Program-made: the position numbers and the translations under genes
Assembly: GCF_003334255.1 (NCBI RefSeq)
Contig: NZ_QOWU01000009.1
DNA: 64,000 bases
Reading direction: 5' to 3' (one strand)
DNA from: Escherichia coli
Lineage (GTDB): Bacteria > Pseudomonadota > Gammaproteobacteria > Enterobacterales > Enterobacteriaceae
In this document: piece by piece, positions 24,434 to 34,719 of the stretch
Numbering within the stretch: position 1 is the first letter of the stretch
Layout: the number at the start of each line of letters is the position of its first letter
Notes under the pieces: generated by a model
Told to the model about the DNA's origin: nothing
Databases searched by the model: none
What the model saw: only the letters and a program-made list of their open reading frames with translations

Positions 24434-25411
24434 ATGAGCGAAACGGCATCCTGGCAGCCGAGCGCATCCATTCCTAACTTATTAAAACGCGCGGCGATTA
24501 TGGCGGAGATCCGTCGTTTCTTTGCCGATCGTGGAGTGCTGGAGGTGGAGACGCCTTGTATGAGCCAGGCGACGGTAACCGATATTCATTTGGTCCCGTT
24601 TGAGACACGTTTCGTTGGCCCCGGGCATTCGCAGGGGATGAATCTCTGGTTAATGACCAGCCCGGAATACCATATGAAACGCCTGCTGGTTGCCGGTTGT
24701 GGGCCGGTATTCCAGCTGTGCCGCAGCTTCCGTAATGAAGAGATGGGGCGTTATCACAACCCTGAGTTCACTATGCTGGAGTGGTATCGACCGCACTATG
24801 ATATGTACCGGTTGATGAACGAGGTGGACGATCTCTTACAACAGGTGCTGGACTGCCCGGCAGCAGAAAGCCTTTCTTATCAACAAGCTTTCTTGCGTTA
24901 TCTGGAAATTGACCCGCTCTCTGCCGACAAAACGCAACTGCGGGAAGTCGCAGCGAAACTGGATTTGAGCAATGTTGCTGATACCGAAGAAGACCGCGAC
25001 ACGCTGCTACAATTGCTGTTTACCTTTGGCGTAGAGCCAAATATTGGCAAAGAAAAACCGACCTTTGTGTACCACTTTCCAGCCAGCCAGGCATCACTGG
25101 CGCAAATCAGTACCGAAGATCATCGGGTCGCTGAACGCTTTGAGGTTTATTATAAAGGTATTGAGCTGGCGAATGGTTTCCATGAATTGACGGATGCCCG
25201 TGAGCAGCAACAACGCTTTGAACAAGATAACCGTAAGCGCGCGGCGCGCGGTTTGCCGCAGCACCCCATTGACCAGAATCTGATTGAAGCCTTGAAAGTC
25301 GGTATGCCTGACTGTTCCGGCGTGGCATTAGGTGTTGATCGTCTGGTGATGTTGGCGCTGGGCGCGGAGACACTGGCTGAAGTCATCGCCTTTAGCGTTG
25401 ACCGGGCATAA
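24434..25411 (+). CDS. epmA: EF-P-lysine lysyltransferase, class II LysRS paralogue (325 aa)
   Basis: The ORF-track entry is 340 aa. The ATG at 24434 gives [41 protein letters not shown] (PoxA/YjeA/GenX). Confidence 0.93.
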   Translation: MSETASWQPSASIPNLLKRAAIMAEIRRFFADRGVLEVETPCMSQATVTDIHLVPFETRFVGPGHSQGMNLWLMTSPEYHMKRLLVAGCGPVFQLCRSFRNEEMGRYHNPEFTMLEWYRPHYDMYRLMNEVDDLLQQVLDCPAAESLSYQQAFLRYLEIDPLSADKTQLREVAAKLDLSNVADTEEDRDTLLQLLFTFGVEPNIGKEKPTFVYHFPASQASLAQISTEDHRVAERFEVYYKGIELANGFHELTDAREQQQRFEQDNRKRAARGLPQHPIDQNLIEALKVGMPDCSGVALGVDRLVMLALGAETLAEVIAFSVDRA

Positions 25412-25629
25412 TTCTGAAAAATTACTGAATTAACAGCGAAGAATGGCGTGATAAGCGCCATTCTGTAGCATATGTTTTCATTTTTCCGTTAAAGGCCACA
25501 ATTTAAGACTGGATATTTGATATCATCCAGGTATCAATTCTGTATTGGTTTTTACGCTGCCTGCTCAATGTTGCGCAGTGCAGTTCAGTGGGCACGTGTT
25601 ATACACGCGCTGAAATGAAGGATGGTTTC

Positions 25630-27132
25630 ATGCCTCACACGATAAAAAAGATGAGTCTGATAGGACTCATATTGATGATCTTTACTTCCGTATTTGGATT
25701 TGCCAATAGCCCATCGGCTTATTACTTAATGGGTTATAGTGCGATTCCCTTTTATATATTTTCTGCATTGTTATTCTTTATTCCATTCGCCTTAATGATG
25801 GCTGAAATGGGAGCTGCTTATCGCAAAGAAGAAGGCGGTATCTATTCCTGGATGAATAATAGTGTCGGACCACGTTTTGCCTTCATTGGTACGTTTATGT
25901 GGTTTTCCTCTTATATCATCTGGATGGTGAGTACCTCCGCGAAAGTTTGGGTACCGTTCTCAACATTCCTCTATGGTAGCGACATGACCCAGCACTGGCG
26001 TATTGCCGGACTGGAGCCTACGCAGGTGGTTGGTCTGCTGGCTGTGGCATGGATGATTCTGGTCACCGTCGTTGCTTCTAAGGGGATTAATAAAATTGCC
26101 CGCATTACTGCGGTGGGCGGTATTGCAGTAATGTGTCTGAATTTAGTATTGCTGTTAGTAAGCATTACTATTTTGTTATTAAATGGTGGGCATTTCGCGC
26201 AGGATATTAATTTCCTTGCATCACCGAACCCGGGTTATCAGTCCGGTCTGGCAATGCTATCGTTTGTGGTATTTGCCATTTTTGCCTATGGCGGAATTGA
26301 AGCGGTTGGTGGTCTGGTCGATAAAACGGAAAATCCAGAAAAGAACTTTGCCAAAGGTATTGTTTTTGCCGCTATTGTTATTTCAATCGGTTATTCGCTG
26401 GCAATATTTTTATGGGGCGTCAGCACAAACTGGCAGCAGGTATTAAGTAATGGTTCCGTTAACCTCGGCAATATTACCTATGTGCTGATGAAGAGCCTTG
26501 GGATGACGCTGGGTAATGCACTGCATTTGTCACCTGAAGCGTCATTGTCGCTGGGCGTATGGTTTGCGCGTATTACTGGACTTTCGATGTTCCTCGCCTA
26601 TACCGGTGCGTTCTTTACGCTTTGCTATTCACCGTTGAAAGCCATCATCCAGGGGACGCCGAAAGCATTGTGGCCGGAACCGATGACGCGCCTGAATGCG
26701 ATGGGGATGCCGTCTATCGCCATGTGGATGCAGTGCGGGTTGGTTACTGTCTTCATCCTGCTGGTTTCGTTTGGTGGCGGTACCGCATCGGCGTTCTTTA
26801 ACAAGCTGACGCTGATGGCGAACGTGTCTATGACGCTTCCTTACCTGTTCCTCGCGCTGGCTTTCCCGTTCTTTAAAGCACGTCAGGATCTCGACAGACC
26901 GTTTGTGATTTTCAAAACGCATTTGTCGGCAATGATTGCGACAGTGGTTGTCGTACTGGTGGTGACATTTGCGAACGTCTTCACCATCATTCAACCTGTG
27001 GTTGAAGCCGGAGACTGGGACAGCACATTGTGGATGATTGGCGGCCCTGTCTTCTTCTCGCTGTTAGCGATGGCGATTTACCAGAACTATTGCAGCAGAG
27101 TGGCAAAAAATCCGCAGTGGGCGGTGGAATAA
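25630..27132 (+). CDS. yjeM: Putative APC-superfamily transporter (500 aa)
   Basis: The ORF-track entry is 514 aa. The ATG at 25630 gives MPHTIKKMSLIGLILMIFTSVFGF. It is polytopic, and the substrate is unknown to me. Confidence 0.85.
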   Translation: MPHTIKKMSLIGLILMIFTSVFGFANSPSAYYLMGYSAIPFYIFSALLFFIPFALMMAEMGAAYRKEEGGIYSWMNNSVGPRFAFIGTFMWFSSYIIWMVSTSAKVWVPFSTFLYGSDMTQHWRIAGLEPTQVVGLLAVAWMILVTVVASKGINKIARITAVGGIAVMCLNLVLLLVSITILLLNGGHFAQDINFLASPNPGYQSGLAMLSFVVFAIFAYGGIEAVGGLVDKTENPEKNFAKGIVFAAIVISIGYSLAIFLWGVSTNWQQVLSNGSVNLGNITYVLMKSLGMTLGNALHLSPEASLSLGVWFARITGLSMFLAYTGAFFTLCYSPLKAIIQGTPKALWPEPMTRLNAMGMPSIAMWMQCGLVTVFILLVSFGGGTASAFFNKLTLMANVSMTLPYLFLALAFPFFKARQDLDRPFVIFKTHLSAMIATVVVVLVVTFANVFTIIQPVVEAGDWDSTLWMIGGPVFFSLLAMAIYQNYCSRVAKNPQWAVE

Positions 27133-27138
27133 CCCGAT

Positions 27139-27165
27139 GCCCTATCGTCTACCTGACGATAGGGC
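27139..27165 (+). terminator. Perfect 11-bp stem-loop between yjeM and yjeN
   Basis: GCCCTATCGTC-TACCT-GACGATAGGGC, 7 nt after the yjeM stop. No U-run follows (GTAAAGAC), so it may be an RNA-stability element or a weak terminator. Confidence 0.45.
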
Positions 27166-27183
27166 GTAAAGACAGGAAATGTT

Positions 27184-27498
27184 ATGGATGACACCAGCCG
27201 GGACCCGGCAATAACCGAAGATGAAATCAGGGCGCTGCAATTTTCTGCCGGGGATGTAGCGGAAATAGAGCAGACGATTCTCTCTTTTGTCGATGCCTGC
27301 CACACCCGTAAAGTGGCGATGGTGGTGGGTAGCACCATTAACACCCTCAAAGATCGCGATGGTAAACGGTGGGGAAACCTGCCGGATATTTATTGCGCTT
27401 ATCTTATCCGATGTCTGGTTTTTCGCGGGGAATTAGTGGGATACGGCGATTTGTTTCGTATGCGCTATAGCGAAATTAAGCGACCGGTTACCTTATGA
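27184..27498 (+). CDS. yjeN: Hypothetical cytoplasmic protein (104 aa)
   Basis: 104-aa ORF with SD AGGAAA upstream. Its stop overlaps the yjeO ATG (ATGA at 27495-27498). Confidence 0.75.
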   Translation: MDDTSRDPAITEDEIRALQFSAGDVAEIEQTILSFVDACHTRKVAMVVGSTINTLKDRDGKRWGNLPDIYCAYLIRCLVFRGELVGYGDLFRMRYSEIKRPVTL

Positions 27499-27809
27499 GT
27501 GCGCGCATGTTTGTCTTATGCTGCATCTGGTTTATTGTGGCGTTCCTCTGGATAACCATCACTTCCGCGCTGGACAAAGAGTGGATGATTGATGGACGCG
27601 GGATTAACAACGTCTGCGATGTGTTGATGTATCTCGAAGAAGACGATACCCGTGATGTTGGTGTGATAATGACGTTACCGCTCTTTTTCCCTTTTCTCTG
27701 GTTCGCTTTGTGGCGAAAAAAACGCGGCTGGTTTATGTACGCCACCGCGCTGGCTATTTTCGGCTACTGGCTGTGGCAGTTTTTTCTGCGCTATCAGTTT
27801 TGTTTGTGA
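27495..27809 (+). CDS. yjeO: Small inner-membrane protein (104 aa, about 3 hydrophobic segments)
   Basis: 104-aa ORF MSARMFVLCCIWFIVAFLWITITSAL..., apparently translationally coupled to yjeN. Confidence 0.75.
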   Translation: MSARMFVLCCIWFIVAFLWITITSALDKEWMIDGRGINNVCDVLMYLEEDDTRDVGVIMTLPLFFPFLWFALWRKKRGWFMYATALAIFGYWLWQFFLRYQFCL

Positions 27810-27837
27810 GCCGGATTGGTTCATCCGGCACACAAAC

Positions 27838-30800
27838 TTACAAACTTCCCGCCTGACGACCTTTGCCCGCAGACGTCAGCGTTCTCCCCGTTTGTTTACC
27901 GTTGAGGCTTTCCAGACGCATCTGGAAGGGCGGGAATGGCATATCGATACCGTGGGCATGGAAGCCAGCCAGAATCAGCTGGTGGATCTCATGGCGTAGC
28001 GGCATACGGTGACCCATCTCAGCGGCGTAAATACGCAGCTCGAAAATCTGAATCCCCTGTTGCAGATCCACCAGGAAGACTTCCGGTGCCGGGTTGTCGA
28101 TCACCAGCGAGCAGCGACGCGCTGCGGTGAGCAGGATTTCCGTCACTTCTTCGCTATTGGCATCGGCAGGGGCCGGTATCGTCAACACCACGCGCGTGAC
28201 CGAGTCAGAGAGCGACCAGTTGATAAACTGCTCGGTAATAAACGCCTTGTTCGGCACGATTATCTCTTTACGGTCCCAGTCGCTGATGGTGGTGGCGCGG
28301 GTGTTAATTTTCGTCACGCTACCGGTGAGATCGCGAATTGTCACCGTATCGCCAATGCGAATCGGTTTTTCGAACAGGATAATCAGACCAGAGATAAAGT
28401 TGGCGAAAATTTCCTGCAAACCAAAACCGAGACCAACACCGAGCGCGGCAACCAGCCACTGCAATTTCGACCACTCAATACCAATCATTGAGAAGCCGAC
28501 CAGCCCGCCAATCAGCATCAGCAGATATTTGGTGATGGTGGTGATGGCGTAACCCGTACCCGGCGTTAAATCCAGGTGCTGCAAAATCGCCAGTTCCAGC
28601 AGCGCGGGCAAGTTGCGCACCAGCTGCGTGGTGATGATAAACACCAGAATGGCAATCAGCACCGCACCGAGGGTAATTGGCTCCAGACTTTCTACGCCCT
28701 GTACCGTGGAGGTGACATCCCACAGCGAAATATTTTCGAGGAAGCCGAAAGCGGAATGGATTTCTGACCACAGCACAATGACAGAAAGCAGGGCGATCAA
28801 CATCAAAATTGAGCGCACCAGCCGCAAGGATTGCGCACTGATGGCATCGAGATCGACTTCGCTTTCATCGACTTCAATTGCTCCTTCCGGGCTACTGTGA
28901 TGATGCGCTTCCTCTTCGCCACGCGCACGTTGCGCTAACATCTCTGCCCGGCGATGCTTCGCCCGATCAAACGCCAGCCTGCGGCGCTGGATCAGCATCC
29001 AGCGGCGGATAACGTGATAAACCACCAGTAGCAGGAACCAGATGGCAACCGAGGTTTCAAGCCTCGCTAACAGCGCCTGTGCCGTTGCCAGATAACCCAC
29101 CGCCGACGCCAGAATGGCAACCAACGGCGCGCCAATCATCATGTTCCACAGCATATGGTTGGTAATGTTGTCGCCGCTGCCCTCTTTGTTGAGATACAGC
29201 GGAATCCCGGCCTTTTTCAGGCTGAGGGTGACCACCGCCAGCGCACCGCAAATGAGGATAAAGCAAAGCCGTCCCAGCGAACCGGAGAATTCACGGTCGT
29301 CGAGGTTATCGAACATCATCAGCGCCATAATCAGCGGCACAATAAGCCCGATGCTCATCAGGTAGTAGCGCATCCCACGGGAAACACGTTCGCGCGGCCA
29401 GCCAAAATGAGCGATAAACAAGCCGTTCGGGCGGGCAAAGGTGGCGCAAATCATCACTACCCACAGCAGCGGCACGGTGGCCGTTACACCATCGCCAATC
29501 GCGACCGCCAGCGGATAAGGCCACGCCTCGCGCAAGCCGTAACCCAGCGTCATCCACAGCACCGGTAACGGTGACGCGACGAGAATCGACCAGAAAAGAG
29601 TGCGCAACGTCAGCCAGAAGTGATCCTGAGTCACTTTGCCAACTTTCGCCGCCGAACGTTCAAGAAAACGGGTGAAATAGCGGCGCGAGTAAATACTGCA
29701 ACCGACCAGAATCAACGCGCCAAACAGCGGCAAAATTGTCTCTTTGCTGGTCAGCATCATCACACTGGCTTTGCCCAACTGACTGAAGGTGTCCAGCGAA
29801 ATGAGACGACGCAGATCCTGGGCGATTTCCAGCGGCCAGGCGATGGTCATCGGGCGCACGTCAGAGGTCCAGAACAGATAGCGGTGCGTTGCTTCGTTCA
29901 CCTCTTTCAGCGCATCCTCCAGTTGCCCGTTGGAGACTTTCAGCTTGGTCAGTTCCAATAGTAGCGTGTCGCCACCCTGCAACAATGAGTTCAGCAACTC
30001 ACGCTGAGTGCGCAGTTGTGCTTCCAGAATACGGTTTTGCTCGGCAGTCAGCGGCTGACCGTCGGCCTGATGAATTTGCCGTAGCAGCGGCTGTTTATTA
30101 AGCAGATCCTCATAACGTAACCGTTGCACACGCAACTGCGCCATTTCGGTATCAAGCTGTTGTGGTTTCGGCATTTCCGGCAGCCGTGCCACCTGCGCCC
30201 GCAGCGCTTCGCCGAGCAGATTGGACGATCCCAGCCATTGCGACTGTTCACGCAGCGTATTCAACGCCTGCCGGACCTGTAACGTCTGGCTGGCAGCCTG
30301 ACGCTGTTGCGAGGCAACGAGATCCATCCGCTGCGCCTGTTGATTCAAAGCCGCCGATAGTTCGCGGTTAATTTTGAATTGCGCGACGATATCTTTCGGC
30401 AAATCGGCGCTGTTTTCTGCCAGCAATTCGGTACTTTCCAGCGCCCGCTCCGCCTCAAGCTGACGTTGGCTGTTTAATTGATTACGCAAGGCCTGCAAAT
30501 ACGCATCCAGTTGCTGGCTCTCTTTTTCCGCCAGCTCTGAGCGTAAGCGCGCTAATTCCTGGCGGTTATTGGCAGACAGCTGCGCCAGCTCCAGTTCATC
30601 AACGAGCGCCTTAAGACGTGCAGAGTCAGACTGCAACGCGAAATTTTGTGCCTGATTGAGCGGAGTATTGCCGGTAAGCGTTCCCAGGCGGCGCTCGATC
30701 TCATTTAACTGACGGCGGGCGTCGGTTTGCTGTTGCGGCAGTTGATTCAGCGAATCGGCAATCTCGCGGGCGCGCTCCTGCTCTTGCTGGGCCTGACGGC

Positions 30801-31161
30801 TTTTATCCAGCAACTGGCTGCTGACCTGGAGAATTTCCTGATTCAGCGCGTCGGTAGACATTCCCGGCGACACGCTGCGCGGCTCGTCACGCATGTTGTT
30901 TAATTGTGCGCGCAGAGTAGCGGAGAGTTTCGGATAATTATCGATAACTTGCTGATATTGTTTGATGCGCTCAAGGGAACCTTTTCGTTCCTCAAGCGCA
31001 TTTAAGGCAGACTGGAGCGCCTCTACGACTTCCGGCTGTGCGGGTTTCGCCGCTTTTGCCTGCTCCAGTTCCTGAGTGATTTGTTTGCTATCGGGGGCCG
31101 TCGCGGCGTACGCCCCCCAACTGAGGCACCAGGCCATCAGAAAAGTGATAATCAGGCGCAC
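27838..31161 (-). CDS. mscM: Miniconductance mechanosensitive channel, MscS family with a large N-terminal domain
   Basis: 1107-aa ORF with a signal peptide, a long Q/L/A/E-rich coiled-coil region of about 270 aa, multiple TM segments and a C-terminal MscS-like domain (formerly YjeP). Confidence 0.9.
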   Translation of the reverse strand: MRLIITFLMAWCLSWGAYAATAPDSKQITQELEQAKAAKPAQPEVVEALQSALNALEERKGSLERIKQYQQVIDNYPKLSATLRAQLNNMRDEPRSVSPGMSTDALNQEILQVSSQLLDKSRQAQQEQERAREIADSLNQLPQQQTDARRQLNEIERRLGTLTGNTPLNQAQNFALQSDSARLKALVDELELAQLSANNRQELARLRSELAEKESQQLDAYLQALRNQLNSQRQLEAERALESTELLAENSADLPKDIVAQFKINRELSAALNQQAQRMDLVASQQRQAASQTLQVRQALNTLREQSQWLGSSNLLGEALRAQVARLPEMPKPQQLDTEMAQLRVQRLRYEDLLNKQPLLRQIHQADGQPLTAEQNRILEAQLRTQRELLNSLLQGGDTLLLELTKLKVSNGQLEDALKEVNEATHRYLFWTSDVRPMTIAWPLEIAQDLRRLISLDTFSQLGKASVMMLTSKETILPLFGALILVGCSIYSRRYFTRFLERSAAKVGKVTQDHFWLTLRTLFWSILVASPLPVLWMTLGYGLREAWPYPLAVAIGDGVTATVPLLWVVMICATFARPNGLFIAHFGWPRERVSRGMRYYLMSIGLIVPLIMALMMFDNLDDREFSGSLGRLCFILICGALAVVTLSLKKAGIPLYLNKEGSGDNITNHMLWNMMIGAPLVAILASAVGYLATAQALLARLETSVAIWFLLLVVYHVIRRWMLIQRRRLAFDRAKHRRAEMLAQRARGEEEAHHHSSPEGAIEVDESEVDLDAISAQSLRLVRSILMLIALLSVIVLWSEIHSAFGFLENISLWDVTSTVQGVESLEPITLGAVLIAILVFIITTQLVRNLPALLELAILQHLDLTPGTGYAITTITKYLLMLIGGLVGFSMIGIEWSKLQWLVAALGVGLGFGLQEIFANFISGLIILFEKPIRIGDTVTIRDLTGSVTKINTRATTISDWDRKEIIVPNKAFITEQFINWSLSDSVTRVVLTIPAPADANSEEVTEILLTAARRCSLVIDNPAPEVFLVDLQQGIQIFELRIYAAEMGHRMPLRHEIHQLILAGFHAHGIDMPFPPFQMRLESLNGKQTGRTLTSAGKGRQAGSL

Positions 31162-31182
31162 GTCAGCGTTTCCTTTGATGGA

Positions 31183-32151
31183 TTAGACCTGGTCTTTTTT
31201 GTCGTCAACCAATGGGCTGGCGTCGTGTTCTGCTTCGATCTCTTCAGCAGGAAGCGGGGCAGGTTCAGCGTCTGGCGTAACAAAGGTTTCGGTAGATACT
31301 GCCAGCGGCTGGCCAATTTTCGTGACAGACAGGCTTTCCAGTTGCTCAACCAGATTCACTTTACCCGGTGCAAACAGGTTGATAACGGTGGAACCGAGTT
31401 TAAAGCGACCCATTTCCTGGCCTTTCAGCAGTGCCACAGAACCGTCGTTTTCCCCGGCAGGCCAGGTCCAGCGCTTGATGATACCTTCGCGCGGCGGCGT
31501 AATGGTGCCCGCCCAGACCGTCTCAATGCTGCCAACAATCGTCGCTCCGACCAGAATCTGCGCCATTGGGCCAAATTCGGTATCGAAAAGGCAAATCACG
31601 CGTTCGTTACGGGCAAACAGATTCGGCACGTTCTGAGCCGTGAGATGGTTAACGGAGAAGAGATCGCCCGGCACGTAGATCATCTCACGCAGAATACCGT
31701 TGCACGGCATGTGTACGCGGTGGTAGTCACGCGGGGAGAGGTAAGTGGTCACAAACGTACCGTTGCGGAACAGGTCCGCCATCAGATAGTTGCCTGCCAG
31801 CAGGGCTTCGAGGCTGTAGTTGTGGCCTTTGGCTTGCAGGATTTTATCTTCTTCGATTTTACCCAACTGGCTGATAACGCCATCGGCAGGCATGACCAGT
31901 ACATTCGGATCGGTATCGATTGGGCGTACTTCGTCACGCAGCGGACGGACAAAGAATTCGTTAAAGGTGCGGTAGCTGGCGGTGTCCGGCTTTTGCGCCT
32001 CTTTCATGTCGACCTTGTAGTATTTAACGAACAGATCGATAACCAGTTTTGTCAGCCATCCTGCCCGCTTGCTTGCGCCCCAACCCGCCAGGCGAGTAAG
32101 CCATAGTTTCGGCAGAATGTACTGTAGCGAAAGTTTAAATGAATTTAACAA
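31183..32151 (-). CDS. psd: Phosphatidylserine decarboxylase proenzyme
   Basis: 322-aa ORF containing the self-cleavage LGST motif ([12 protein letters not shown]). Confidence 0.95.
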
Positions 32152-32247
32152 GGTAGCCTCCAGGCCATTGTTTTGTCGTTCCTGATCCGGCCTACATGCC
32201 GGATCCTGAAAAAAAGGGGACGATTCTAACGACGGTTAGCTTAATTG

Positions 32248-33300
32248 TCAGTCATCCGTATCAGAAAAGTTTTTACGCGTTTTTACCTGCGCCATGCTTT
32301 CCAGAATACGGTGATAGTTTTCGAAACGGGTTTCCGCGATTTTCCCTTCCTCAACCGCTTCCCGGATAGCGCAGCCCGGATCGGTATCGTGTTTGCAATC
32401 GCGATATTTACACAGACCTAAATAGTCATGGAATTCGACAAAGCCCTGAGTGATTTGTTCCGGCTCCAGGTGCCAGAGGCCGAACTCACGCACTCCTGGG
32501 GAGTCAATCACATCACCGCCGTGCGGGAAGTGATACAGCCGAGCGGCGGTCGTGGTGTGCTGACCGAGCCCCGAGTTGTCAGAGATATCGTTGGTCAGGA
32601 TCTCTTTTTGCAGCCCCAGCAACGCATTCAGCAGGCTGGATTTGCCGACGCCAGACTGCCCGGCAAAAATGCTGATGCGCCCGGTCAACGCCTCTTCCAG
32701 CGGTTTTAGCCCATCCTGAGTATGGCTGGAAACCATCAATACGCGATAACCGATATTGCGGTAGATATCCATCTGCTCGTTGACGAACGCCATGCCTTCG
32801 TCGTCCAGCAGGTCTATCTTGTTGAGCACAATAATCGGCTCAATCTGCAAGGTTTCGCAGGCCACCAGGTAACGGTCGATAATATTGAGCGACAGCTCCG
32901 GCAAAATGGCGGAGACAATGACAATCTGGTCGATGTTGGCGGCAATAGGTTTTACGCCGTCGTAGAAATCCGGACGCGTCAACACCGAGGTACGCTCATG
33001 CACCGCTTCCACGATCCCTTTGACATTTACGCCTTCCGCCGCCGGTTTACCCGGACGCCAGACTACGCGGTCGCCGGTTACCAGCGAACGGATGGTACGG
33101 CGAATATTGCAGCGGTGAACGTCGCCATCGGCGGATTCCACATCAGCGTGCATACCAAAGCGGCTGATGACGATACCTTCATCAGGCTCGCCAAACAGAT
33201 TGTCGTCGTAGTCGGGCTTCTCCTTAGACGTTTTAAGACGACGCTGGTGATTGGCGTTCACGCGGCGCTGCTGGCCTTTGGAGAGTTTATTTTTACTCAA
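32248..33300 (-). CDS. rsgA: Ribosome small-subunit biogenesis GTPase RsgA (350 aa, TTG start)
   Basis: The ORF-track entry is 361 aa. The TTG at 33298-33300 gives (M)[21 protein letters not shown]. It has a circularly permuted GTPase fold (NKIDL ... GQSGVGKSS) and a C-terminal Zn-ribbon cysteine cluster. Confidence 0.9.
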
Positions 33301-33394
33301 TCGTACAGACTCCTGGTCGCCCCTGATGGGCAAAACATCTATGATACACGCAATTGTGGATCAATATAGTCACTGTGAATGGGTGGAAAATAGC

Positions 33395-33940
33395 ATGAGT
33401 GCCAATGAAAACAACCTGATTTGGATCGATCTTGAGATGACCGGTCTGGATCCCGAGCGCGATCGCATTATTGAGATTGCCACGCTGGTGACCGATGCCA
33501 ACCTGAATATTCTGGCAGAAGGGCCGACCATTGCAGTACACCAGTCTGATGAACAGCTGGCGCTGATGGATGACTGGAACGTGCGCACCCATACCGCCAG
33601 CGGGCTGGTAGAGCGCGTGAAAGCGAGCACGATGGGCGATCGGGAAGCTGAACTGGCAACGCTCGAATTTTTAAAACAGTGGGTGCCTGCGGGAAAATCG
33701 CCGATTTGCGGTAACAGCATCGGTCAGGACCGTCGTTTCCTGTTTAAATACATGCCGGAGCTGGAAGCCTACTTCCACTACCGTTATCTCGATGTCAGCA
33801 CCCTGAAAGAGCTGGCGCGCCGCTGGAAGCCGGAAATTCTGGATGGTTTTACCAAGCAGGGGACGCATCAGGCGATGGATGATATCCGTGAATCGGTGGC
33901 GGAGCTGGCTTACTACCGCGAGCATTTTATCAAGCTGTAA
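33395..33940 (+). CDS. orn: Oligoribonuclease (181 aa)
   Basis: The ORF-track entry is 229 aa. The ATG at 33395 gives [29 protein letters not shown] (DEDDh exonuclease motifs). Confidence 0.95.
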
Positions 33941-34065
33941 AATTTTTCCTGGTCACGTAAGCGCCGGAATCCACTTGCGGCGGCGTGATTTTGACGCTAA
34001 ATTGAACGTCTTGCTGATAATTTCAGCACTTGAGATAAAAACGCAAAAAAAACTTTTTTGGGGGG

Positions 34066-34093
34066 TTGCAGAGGGAAAGATTTCTCGTATAAT
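34066..34093 (+). promoter_or_regulatory. glyVXY promoter (sigma70, stringent-type)
   Basis: TTGCAG, a 16-nt spacer, then TATAAT. The GC-rich discriminator GCGCCTCCC follows, and an A/T-rich UP-like tract (AAAACGCAAAAAAAACTTTTTT) precedes. The first tRNA starts about 57 nt downstream. Confidence 0.65.
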
Positions 34094-34150
34094 GCGCCTC
34101 CCGTAACGACGCAGAAATGCGAAAATTACGAAAGCAAAATTAAGTAGTAC

Positions 34151-34226
<76 letters not shown>

Positions 34227-34262
34227 AAATTTGAAAAGTGCTGCAAAGCACAGACCACCCAA

Positions 34263-34338
<76 letters not shown>

Positions 34339-34374
34339 AAATTTGAAAAGTGCTGCAAAGCACAGACCACCCAA

Positions 34375-34450
<76 letters not shown>

Positions 34451-34468
34451 AATTCTTCTCTCAATAAA

Positions 34469-34718
34469 ATATCCACAGCGACGCGATGCGTTATTGCTGG
34501 TTTTTGTTGTCTCTGACAAACTCTTGTAAACAGAGTTATCCACAGCCTCAGGCTGTAATCTTAATTTCAAAGAAACTTCGCACGGTGAATAGTATTTTTT
34601 TAACCTATTGATAGATAAGTTAAAAATTAAGATTCCGTTTTGTCGAGTCGATCACTTGACGATTTTATTCGTCTTGAATTGCAATGCGTTTTTATTTTTA
34701 TTCACAAGCTGTGGATGA
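34469..34718. other. datA: datA core: DnaA-box cluster with a central IHF site (DnaA-ATP inactivation/titration locus)
   Basis: DnaA boxes: ATATCCACA at 34469-77, perfect TTATCCACA at 34536-44, TTATTCACA at 34698-706, and TCATCCACA on the minus strand at 34710-18. An IHF consensus TAACCTATTGATA sits at 34601-13. A further 8/9 box (CTATTCACA, minus strand) lies at 35091-99 inside queG. The position between glyVXY and queG matches datA as I recall it. Confidence 0.7.
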
Positions 34719-34719
34719 A

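Noticed and set aside
31081-32106. 341-aa plus-strand ORF overlapping psd and the start of mscM.
   Set aside because: It is antisense to two recognisable genes and has no motif or ribosome-binding site, so I treat it as a shadow ORF.
32192-32213. Hairpin GATCCGGC-CTACAT-GCCGGATC between psd and rsgA, with REP-like CCGGCCTAC content.
   Set aside because: It is too short and atypical to call a REP, and it has no U-run to call a terminator. I noted it only as a possible REP fragment or rsgA 3' stem.
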